Origin: Octopus vulgaris
Lineage: Eukaryota
Direction of reading: 5' to 3'
Length of the DNA stretch: 64,000 bases
Assembly (NCBI GenBank): GCA_951406725.2
Contig: OX597828.1
Span: 51,150,001 to 51,214,000 of the forward strand
Shown here: in pieces, positions 54,301 to 64,000 of the stretch
Position numbering within the stretch: position 1 is the stretch's first letter
How the letters are laid out: the number at the start of each line of letters is the position of its first letter
Program-made: the position numbers and the translations under genes
The notes under the pieces: generated by a model
Told to the model about the DNA's origin: nothing
Seen by the model: only the letters and a program-made list of their open reading frames with translations
Database searches by the model: none

Positions 54301-55645
54301 GTGGTGTTGGAAGTGGTGGTGGTGCTGATAGATTTTATGTTGGTTGTAGTATCAGTGGTAGTACTGATTGTTAGTGATGTTGATGTTGGTAGTGGTGGTG
54401 GTGTTGGTAGTGGTGGTGGTGCTGATAGATGTTATGTCGGTTGTAGTTTCAGTGGTAGTACTGATTGTTAGCGATGTTGATGTTGGTAGTGGTGGTGGTG
54501 TTGGTAGTGGTGGTGGTGCTGATAGATTTTATGTTGGTTGTAGTTTCAGTGGTAGTACTGATTGTTAGCGATGTTGATGTTGGTAGTGGTGGTGGTGTTG
54601 GTAGTGGTGGTGGTGCTGATAGATTTTATGTTGGTTGTAGTATCAGTGGTAGTACTGATTGTTAGTGATGTTGATGTTGGTAGTGGTGGTGGTGTTGGTA
54701 GTGGTGGTGGTGCTGATAGATTTTATGTTGGTTGTAGTTTCAGTGGTAGTACTGATTGTTAGCGATGTTGATGTTGGTAGTGGTGGTGGTGTTGGAAGTG
54801 GTGGTGGTGCTGATAGATGTTATGTTGGTTGTAGTTTCAGTGGTAGTACTGATTGTTAGTGATGTTGATGTTGGTAGTGGTGGTGGTGTTGGTAGTGGTG
54901 GTGGTGCTGATAGATTTTATGTTGGTTGTAGTTTCAGTGGTAGTACTGATTGTTAGCGATGTTGATGTTGGTAGTGGTGGTGGTGTTGGTAGTGGTGGTG
55001 GTGCTGATAGATTTTATGTCGGTTGTAGTTTCAGTGGTAGTACTGATTGTTAGCGATGTTGATGCTGGTAGTCGTGGTGGTGTTGGTAGTGGTGGTGGTG
55101 CTGATAGATTTTATGTTGGTTGTAGTATCAGTGGTAGTACTGATTGTTAGCGATGTTGATGTTGGTAGTGGTGGTGGTGTTGGTAGTGGTGGTGGTGCTG
55201 ATAGATTTTATGTCGGTTGTAGTTTCAGTGGTAGTCCTGATTGTTAGCGATGTTGATGTTGGTAGTGGTGGTGGTGTTGGTAGTGGTGGTGGTGCTGATA
55301 GATTTTATGTTGGTTGTAGTATCAGTGGTAGTACTGATTGTTAGCGATGTTGATGTTGGTAGTGGTGGTGGTGTTGGAAGTGGTGGTGGTGCTGATAGAT
55401 TTTATGTTGGTTGTAGTTTCAGTGGTAGTACTGATTGTTAGCGATGTTGATGCTGGTAGTGGTGGTGGCGTTGGAAGTGGTGGTGGTGCTGATAGATTTT
55501 ATGTTGGTTGTAGTATCAGTGGTAGTACTGATTGTTAGCGATGTTGATGTTGGTAGTGGTGGTGGCGTTGGAAGTGGTGGTGGTGCTGATAGATTTTATG
55601 TGGTTGTAGTTTCAGTGTAGTACTGATTGTTAGCGATGTTGATGT
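48370..55645. repeat. 97-bp satellite array, ~75 units, strongly G/T-biased on +
   Basis: Unit gatgttgatgctggtagtggtggtggtgttggtagtggtggtggtgctgatagattttatgttggttgtagtatcagtggtagtactgattgttagt; ORF-track starts recur every 97 bp. Confidence 0.97.
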
Positions 55646-56139
55646 GGTGTGGGGCGGGATGGTAGTGACTTTTGTGTGCGCCAATGAAAGTTATTCATTC
55701 AAGTGTTAGCTTGATGAAGTCATTGACCAGAAGTGGCATCTGGGAATTCAGAAGCAATAAATTTGGCAAGAGCTGGTTGCTGGTGGTGGTGGTGGTGGTG
55801 GTGGTGGTGTTGGTGGTGGTGGTGGTGGTGGAGGAGAAGCGAGATGATGTTAAACAGAAAATATCTAATGACTGTGTAACAATGAACAAATAAGTGTAAA
55901 CATACTAAACAGCTGTCGATAAGTTACAAAACAAAATATTCAATTAACAAACAAATACAAAGTAATTAAATGAATCACATTTTCTATTGTCCTTTAATTA
56001 GGGTAACATAAACACAAGTGAAAATGTTCGGTGTATGCATGTGTGTGTTTATATGTATGTTAGTGTGTGTATGTATGCGTGTGTGTTTGTGTGTACGTGA
56101 GTGTATCTTTGTTGAAAACGATTTTATTATTTTCCCAAT

Positions 56140-56620
56140 CAGTTCCTCGCGTGGCACCTTGGGTGAAGGCGTCTCCTGCTATAAATTCGGGCCGAAGAAA
56201 GCCTTGTGACTAGATCTGGTAGACGGAAACTGAAAGGAGTCAGTCGTATATATATATGTGTGTGTGTGTTTGTCCACCACTACCACGTGTGTTTACGTTC
56301 CTGTAAGTTAGCGCTTCGACAAGAGAGTTCGATAGAATAAGTACTAGACTTAGAATAAGTCCTATGCAATCAACAGAACAGTGGCTGAGCAGTCTGCCGA
56401 CCACGTTTACCCTTAACATAGTTCTCAGGGAGATTCAGCGTGACGCTGAATGGGACAAGGCCCTTTGAAATACAGGTACAACACATTTTTGTTGGCTGAA
56501 TGGATTGGAGCAATGTGAAATAAAGTGTCTTGCTGAAGGAAACATCAGGTTGCCGCGAATTGAACTCGTGACCTTACGATCGTGAGACAAATACATTAAC
56601 CATTAAGCCACGTCGCTTCA
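56140..56620. mobile_element. Old family A SINE (+) fused tail-to-tail with a family D SINE (-)
   Basis: Diverged matches to both families. Confidence 0.65.
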
Positions 56621-56736
56621 CATTAACAAGCATACAATGTACATAAATAAATCACATTTTCTATTGTCCTTTAATTAGAACACTATAAACATACATAAAA
56701 ATGATCAGAGTATGCATCTGTGTGTTTATGTTTGTT

Positions 56737-57035
56737 AGGCGCAGGAGTAGCTGTGTAGTAAGTAGCTTGCTTACTAACCACATGGTTCCGGGTTCAGTCC
56801 CACTGTGTGGCACCTTGGGCAAGTGTCTTCTACTATAGCCTCGAGCCAAAGAATTGTTCTCAAGAAATAATCCAACACAACCAAGAACGTAAGCGAGCAG
56901 GACAAATGAAAAATAACGAAAAAATAGATTAACTCTATACAATTGTTTCAGCGTTAATACATAATGTAATTTTATTTACATAAATATTTTCGAATCTTCA
57001 GTAGAGTACATCAAAATATAAGTAAAATTAAATTA

Positions 57036-57112
<77 letters not shown>

Positions 57113-57350
57113 TGTGTATGTGTATATATATGTTTGTGTGTCTGTGTTTGTCTCCCCAACATCGATTGACAACCGATGCTGGTGTGTTTATGTCCCCGTA
57201 ACTTAGTGGTTCTGCAAAAACGACCCATAGAATAAGTACTAGGCTTAGAAAGAATAAGTTCTGGGGTCGATTTGCTCGACTAAAGGCGGTGCTCCAGCAT
57301 GGTCACAGTCAAATGACTGAAAGCAAATAAACGAGTAAAAGAGTAAGGAG
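56737..57350 (+). mobile_element. Family A SINE interrupted by a hammerhead-bearing insert (~56850-57040)
   Basis: Head 56737-56849, tail 57110-57350, with unrelated sequence and (TA)n between. Confidence 0.8.
56932..57007 (-). ncRNA. Type I hammerhead motif, intact core
   Basis: ACUCUA-CUGAAGA-long imperfect stem II-GAAA-CAAUUG-UA-UAGAGU; 6-bp stem I, palindromic stem III ACAAUUGU; the base of stem II is mismatched. Confidence 0.7.
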
Positions 57351-58193
57351 TAGCGTGTATGTGTATGCGCGTTTGTTTTTGCATGTGCGTGAATGTGTGT
57401 ATGCTGAAAACAATTTTATTATCTACCAGCAAATTTATTTTCCCTTACTTCATCCCTCATTTGAGATATGAGAGTTAATGTATACATAAATATAACTCTG
57501 CCGTTGTACATTTTGCCCAATATTCTTTTAAAACTTAAACCACGTCGAGAATAAAACAACCGACACACACACTATCGCCTCTACTAACAAACATTCCGCA
57601 TCCCTGCATAGAGCAACGGTCGCGGATCTGAGACTAGGATTTGCTGCGAAAGGGGATCAGGAAAAGGAGTTTAGTTCTTCAGACTCCTTACACGGATTCA
57701 CGATTAGATTTGAACAGTGCACTACAAGTTCCAGTACATCACACGTCAGCACTTATATAACTTGGATAAAAAAAAATAGTATTAAAATTAAAAACAAGCC
57801 GAGACAGTTATGAAACCATTTAATTATTTTGCACACAGGTGACTTAATTGATTTCTGTGGACCAAATATTGTGCAATATTTCGATCGAAAACATTGCAGC
57901 CAGTGTGGTGGAACAGTCCATATTACTGATAATTATTTTATCGACCCAAACACGGCATTGTCTAATTTCTCACATCATACGCCACCACACCTAACCTCTA
58001 TTTACTTTGTTTATCATAGAGAGGAGTCTAGCATATCAAATGATATTGGTTACACTGATGTGACTCAATTTGCTTTGTTAATGAAAATCATTTGATTCAT
58101 GTCTGACAAGCTGATATCTAGAATAAACTGTCCTATTCTGTACCACCATATTCCATTAAAAGTTATGTTAGCACGAGCGCGAATAAACACTGA

Positions 58194-58253
<60 letters not shown>

Positions 58254-58258
58254 CATAC

Positions 58259-58329
<71 letters not shown>

Positions 58330-58337
58330 TATATGCA

Positions 58338-58838
58338 CGGGCGACGAGCTGGCAGAAACGTTAGCACGCCGGGCGAAAAGCGTAGCCGTATTTCGTCTGC
58401 CGTTACGTTGTGAGTTGAAATTCCGCCGAGGTCGACTTTGCCTTTCATCCTTTCGGGGTCGATAAATTAAGTACCAGTTACGCACTGGGGTCGATGTAAT
58501 CGACTTAATACTTAGGTCTGTCCTCGTTTGTCCCCTCTGTGTTTAGCCCCTTGTGGGTAATAAAGAAATATGTACTTCGTCTGCCGTTACATTCTGAGTT
58601 CAACTTCCGCCGAGGCCGACTTTGCGTGTTTGTTTCTGTGACTGTGTTTGTCTTCCACAACATCGCTTGACAACCGCTGCTGGTGTGTTTACGTCCCCGT
58701 AACTTAGCGGTTCGGCAAAAGAGACCGAAAGAACTAGGCTTACAAAGAATAAGTCCTGGGGTCGAATTGCTGGACTAAAGGCGGTGCTCCAGCATGGCTA
58801 CAGTCAAAAGACTGAATCAAGTAAAAGAGTAAAGAGAA
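58338..58838 (+). mobile_element. SINE family B (plus partial second unit) joined to a family A tail
   Basis: Matches 45220-45452, then 47640-47860. Confidence 0.8.
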
Positions 58839-58901
58839 TATATATATATATGAATAAATAAATAAATGGAGTTGAACGAAGATGTTAACAGAATTCCTTT
58901 A

Positions 58902-58983
58902 CTCTCGACATATGTTTCGAAGACAACATGGTTTTATTCCAAAGGAATAAACGGTGCAAGATGCAATCTTCTCATCAGGAAAG
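58902..58983 (-). ncRNA. Type I hammerhead ribozyme motif, canonical core
   Basis: CUUUC-CUGAUGA-GAAGA..(extended)..UCUUC-GAAA-CAUAUG-UC-GAGAG; palindromic stem III ACAUAUGU; GUC site. Confidence 0.85.
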
Positions 58984-59632
58984 AAAGGGAGCCTCTCTCA
59001 ACAACAAGACAAAACAATAATTGCGATGACTGCCTACGTGGTAAACAAAACGATAATAAGTGTTTAAAAAAACCGTTAGTAGAATTGACGTCAAAGTTAG
59101 ATAGTAGGAAGAGAAGAGTTAAAGGAATAATAAGTAGGGAACAAGTAGAGAGGGAGGGATGCGTTGATTAAAAGAATGTTCAAACGCTTAGGAAAGAATT
59201 TCTCTATTGAAGTGGAGTGCACGTTCAAGCTATAATGACTATCGAAATCATTTATATGAGTAAAAAGTATGTTTCTGCCAGTGTTTACATTTATACTTAT
59301 AGAAAAATCGTAAAATGTAAACACTGGCAGAAACATACTTTTTACTCATATAAATGATTTCGATAGTCATTATAGCTTGAACAATTAGCTTAACGTGCAC
59401 TCCACTTCAATAGAGAAATTCTTTCCTAAGCGTTTGAACATTCTTTTAATCAACGCATCCCTCCCTCTCTACTTTTCCCTACTTATTATTCCTTTAACTC
59501 TTCTCTTCCTACTATCTAACTTTGACGTCAATTCTACTAACGGTTTTTTTAAACACTTATTATCGTTTTGTTTACCACGTAGGCAGTCATCGCAATTATT
59601 GTTTTGTCTTGTTGTTGAGAGAGGCTCCCTTT

Positions 59633-59714
59633 CTTTCCTGATGAGAAGATTGCATCTTGCACCGTTTATTCCTTTGGAATAAAACCATGTTGTCTTCGAA
59701 ATATATGTCGAGAA
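59633..59714 (+). ncRNA. Type I hammerhead ribozyme motif (mirror copy)
   Basis: CTGATGA 59638-59644, GAAA 59698-59701, GTC 59707-59709; stem III carries a C>U change giving a U-G wobble. Confidence 0.82.
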
Positions 59715-60106
59715 TAAAGGAATTTTGTTAACATCTTCGTTCAACTCCATTTATTTATTTATTCATATATAACACACAAATTTCTGCACATGAACCCGGA
59801 GTTTCTACCCTTGGACAGGTCGCTTCAACCGTGTTTCTGACGTGAATTTGCTACCCTGGTATCGGTTCATCGAATTTTCCATGTTGACGGTAAACTTAGG
59901 ACAATTCATTCACCTATCTATATATATATATATATATACAAAATTAGAAAATGGAGAAACATACTTAAATCAATCAAAGATCAACCATCAGATAATACCC
60001 AATCAATACTTTATTACACCATTACATAACAGCAAAACATTATACAAAATATATTGTAAATATAATTAGACAAGGAAATAGAAATATAAAATATAATTAT
60101 ATCATA

Positions 60107-60217
60107 TCTGACAGCTGTTTCGGCCGTGAGGACAAGTATGCCTCATTTAACATATAAGCCATATAAGGCAGGTATAAATGAAACATTAACAAGGATGTCC
60201 CACGGCCTCTTCAGAGA
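60107..60217 (-). ncRNA. Type I hammerhead ribozyme motif with very long stem II
   Basis: UCU-CUGAAGA-GGCCGUG GGACA..(~60 nt)..UGUCC u CACGGCC-GAAA-CAGCUG-UC-AGA; inside a (TA)n-flanked insert at ~59940-60615. Confidence 0.85.
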
Positions 60218-60614
60218 ATTTAATTTAATATAAGTGTGAAAAAAAAATTTTTTACATATAAATATAAAAATATAAAATATAAAAATGTGTGCATAGACAC
60301 TCATAATACTACACATATATATATTCACATTAATACAATAATACAAAATAAACAAAATATATCAATATACATTAACAAACACAGTTATTCTACATATTGG
60401 ACTCCTAGTTCCATAACTAACCTCAAGGAAAATATATACACACTCACATTTAAATTTAAATCAGACATATATACATAGAAATAATAAAAAAACACACAGT
60501 TCAGTTCATAAAATTATAACCCTACAAAAAGTCAATAAAAATTACTATTAATATTATTATTAATAATAATAATAATAATAATAATAAACCATGACTGTAA
60601 ATACATCAACCATG

Positions 60615-60726
<112 letters not shown>

Positions 60727-60731
60727 GTGTG

Positions 60732-60945
60732 AGGAGGCGCGTGGCTTAGTGGTTACGGTGTCAGCATCATGATCGTAAGATTGTGGTTTCGATTCCTGGA
60801 CCGGCGACGCGTTGTGTTCTTGAGAAAACACATCATTTCACGTTGCTCCAATCCACTCAGCTATTAAAAATGAGTAACGCTGCGATGTGCTGGTGTCCCG
60901 TCCAGCTGGGGAACTCATAGGCCATTGAAACCGGGAAACCGGGCT
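60732..60945 (+). mobile_element. SINE family D
   Basis: tRNA-like A box tggcttagtggtta and B box ggtttcgattcc. Confidence 0.8.
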
Positions 60946-61395
60946 TATGTATGTATTTCTTAGTAAGTGTAGGAGTGGCTGTGTGGTAAGAAGCTTAAAT
61001 CCCACTGTGCATGCGTTTCGTTGTCAATGTGCCTCATACCACCAATTGAAGTTACCACACGAGTTTGAAGCTGGTCAAATAGTGATTAAGAAAGAGGCTC
61101 AACTGTAAGGTAAGACTTTTGATTTTGGGGTCCAGTGGGGGCTTGTTGTTTGCCGTAATTATTTTTTTTTACAAACAAGAAATCCTCACTGGATTCTGGA
61201 CTCTGGTCTGCCTGCGGTTGAGTGAATAGTTTTTCTCACTTAATTGTGAGAATTGGTGTTTGGGGCCGTTCTCATTTTTCAAATTTTTTTTCACTTTTAG
61301 TGAATAGTTTTTTTCAAAAATTATGAGAATTCACCGACATCTCTTACCAATTCTTTTGTTCCGAGTTGTGGGGTTCCAGGTTGAAGTTGGATTAC

Positions 61396-61473
<78 letters not shown>

Positions 61474-61504
61474 GTGTGTGTGTGTGTATGTATGTATGTA
61501 TTTC

Positions 61505-61712
61505 GTGTCTGTGTTTGTCACCCCACCTTCGCTTGACAGCTAGAGTTGATGTTTACGTCCCCGTAAATTAGCGGTTCGAAAAAAGACATCGATAGAATAA
61601 GTTCTAAGCTTACAAACAATAAGTTCTGGGGTCGATTTGTTTGACTAAAGGCGGTGCTCCGGCATGGCCGCACTTAAATGACTGAAACAATTGAAAGAAG
61701 AAAAGAATAAGA
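61505..61712 (+). mobile_element. SINE family A tail (head remnant at ~60968-61000)
   Basis: Matches 47640-47860. Confidence 0.75.
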
Positions 61713-62197
61713 ATGTGTATATATGAGATTACATACATAACGTTGATAAAAATAGTATAAATCAGATACAAGCTGGTAGTTATCATAATTTCCTTCATTG
61801 GCAGTACCACATCAAACGTAAATTCTTTTAGGTACCCCAAGGAGAAATTACTCTATCGAGTCACATGATATTGCATGTATTAGAAGACTGAAAATCTAAT
61901 TCTCAAATCTAATTTCGGAAATACTCTGAAAGAATTTCGCTCGGTCTGTAGATGTCTTTGTATTATTTTATGGCTGTCCAATTGGATAGGTACCAGAAAC
62001 TTGAAACTAAGAAGGCTCGAACATTCATGCATCTACTTTACGCCTTTTCAGATAAGTCTTGGAAAGAACGCCCTACCATGGTGTCCTTAAACATTAAGCT
62101 GATGTGGAATACAGAAACGTAATGTCGGATGCACTATTAAAGCCTGTTAAGTTCCATCCTCGTGTTATACGTGTATGTATGTATGTATGTATGTATG

Positions 62198-62231
<34 letters not shown>

Positions 62232-62500
62232 TGTATGTATGTATTATGTATGTATATGTGAGTGCATGCGTGCGTGTGTTTAGCGTATTTCGAGTAGAAA
62301 CTCGTGACAGGCGTTCAAGAGCACATACGCCGTTGTGTGGATATCGAATATTATTATACCTCTGAATATTTTCATGTATGGATATACATGCGGAAATCTT
62401 TCTCCGTAAGATTACTATGATAATAGTAATAATAATAACAACAACAATAATAATAATAATGATAATAATAATAATAATAATAATGATGATGATGATGATG

Positions 62501-62539
<39 letters not shown>

Positions 62540-62575
62540 TTGATAATAATAATAATAATAATAATAATAATATTG

Positions 62576-62652
<77 letters not shown>

Positions 62653-62656
62653 AATG

Positions 62657-62758
<102 letters not shown>

Positions 62759-62764
62759 GTACAT

Positions 62765-62935
62765 GGAACAAATAAGGCTACAATAAGAGTGGAGCACTTG
62801 CAGAAAACGGTACAGCTTGGAATCGCTCGAATATTCCGGATGTTGCTCGAAAAATACGGAGCGTTACCTTAGTTCACTCGTAATGAACAGCTGACACCGT
62901 AGTACATCTCCAGTGTTAGTAGCTGTGCAAACATA
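62765..62935 (+). mobile_element. Extreme 3' end of the R4/Dong-like subfamily seen at 27053
   Basis: ATIRVEHLQKTVQLGIARIFR plus a 3' UTR matching the reverse complement of 27055-27225; (TAA)n flanks. Confidence 0.75.
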
Positions 62936-62954
62936 ATAAAATAATAATAATAAT

Positions 62955-63342
62955 CCATTCTACTAAAGGCACAAGGCCTGAAAATTGTGGGGAGGGGACT
63001 AGTCAACCCGAATGCGTGACTAGTACTTAATTTATCGACCCCGAATGGATGAAAGGCGAAGTCGACCGCGGCAACATTTGAACTCAGAACGTAACGGCAG
63101 ACGAAATGCCTATTTCTTTACTACCCACAAGGGGCTAAACACAGAGGGGGCAAACAAGGACAGACAAACGGATTAAGTCGATTACATCGACTCCAGTGTG
63201 TAACTGGTACTTATTTCATCGACCCCGCAAAGATAAAAGGCAAAGTCGACCTCGGCGGAATTGGAACTCAGAACTTAGCGGCAGACGAAACATTGCTAAG
63301 CATTTCGCCCGGCGTGCTATCGATTTGGCCAGAACCGCCGTC
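62955..63342 (-). mobile_element. SINE family B dimer
   Basis: Reverse complement of 46795-47190. Confidence 0.8.
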
Positions 63343-63722
63343 TTTTGATAATAATGATAATATTAGTGATAATAATTTTTGGTTTGTTAATCGTTAGCAC
63401 CACACAACACAGGAGTGTACTTATTGGAATGATGGGAGGCATTGAGATGGTAAAATCAGAAATAATAAGCAGTTTCTAATAGTACTTCATCCGATGAAGC
63501 ACACGCAGGCAGCTGCCGTTGAACAATATTCAAATACATACTAATTATTCAGAGTAATCCTTCATAACGTTCAGTGAATATGAACCGGGCAACTTAAAGC
63601 TGATGTGGGGTGCAGAAACATAGTGCCGTGATGCATTATTAAAGCTTGTTTAACTTCCATCCGCGTGTTATACATGTATGTATATGTATATATATATATA
63701 TATCTATATATATATATATGTA

Positions 63723-63877
63723 CTTTATTAAAAGCAGCAGAAAATTCAACAAAACCTGTTACTCTGAGTTTCACATTGCCGTTCGTCGGACAGTTTTTAG
63801 CAAAAACTGTCCGACGAACGGCAACGTGAAACTCAGAGTAACAAGTTTTGTTGAATTTTCTGCTGCTTTAAATAAAG
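63723..63877. repeat. Fold-back inverted repeat (76-bp arms, 3-bp spacer) carrying two divergent hammerhead motifs
   Basis: + copy 63803-63849: aaaacUGU-CCGACGA-ACG gcaa CGU-GAAA-CUC a GAG-UA-ACAaguuuu; mirror copy on - at 63751-63797; (TA)n flanks. Confidence 0.9.
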
Positions 63878-63945
63878 CATATTACTCTACCACTGGTATT
63901 GAGTACTCTGTTTTCCACCTTGTTTCACATTTATGTGTTTACTCC

Positions 63946-64000
<55 letters not shown>

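Larger units (their letters stand above)
58845..59771. repeat. Large fold-back inverted repeat: arms 58845-59292 and 59313-59771, 20-bp spacer
   Basis: Arms are near-perfect reverse complements (a few substitutions, a 12-bp insertion and a 1-bp deletion in the right arm). Confidence 0.95.

Noticed and set aside
48336-55620. Dozens of 66-aa Val/Gly-rich ORFs that look like a peptide gene array
   Set aside because: A by-product of the 97-bp period (not a multiple of 3); starts are TTG/GTG and ORFs overlap in shifting frames.
55862-55921. ctaatga...taaacagctgtc possible hammerhead relic
   Set aside because: Needs about three core corrections; cannot be distinguished from chance by eye.
58866-59750. 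Mirror-image ORFs MELNEDVN... on both strands
   Set aside because: They arise from the inverted repeat; no recognisable domain. A faint resemblance of EKFFPKRLN to Penelope C-termini is too weak to call.

Overview
Eukaryotic, AT-rich and dense in microsatellites. The repeat content suggests a coleoid cephalopod (Octopus-like) genome, which is my inference from recognising the repeat families. There is one convincing host gene: a ZIP/SLC39 subfamily II metal transporter (30368-31426, +) whose CDS lies in a single exon behind a splice acceptor. The rest is repeat-derived: fragments of R4/Dong-like non-LTR retrotransposons with a restriction-like endonuclease (RLE) sitting in (TAA)n tracts, a ~550-bp non-coding element with the same targeting, four tRNA-derived SINE families, CR1/L2-like LINE 3' ends, decayed mariner and hAT-like transposons, Helentron-like elements and a ~7.3-kb array of a 97-bp satellite. 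The most striking signal is absent from the ORF track: about a dozen type I hammerhead-ribozyme motifs, ranging from intact to decayed. Most lie in short non-coding inserts within (TA)n tracts, and several of those inserts are fold-back inverted repeats, two of which carry a divergent pair of ribozymes. These look like a Penelope-like or retrozyme-like non-autonomous system. All structures and coordinates were read by eye; no searches or folding programs were run.
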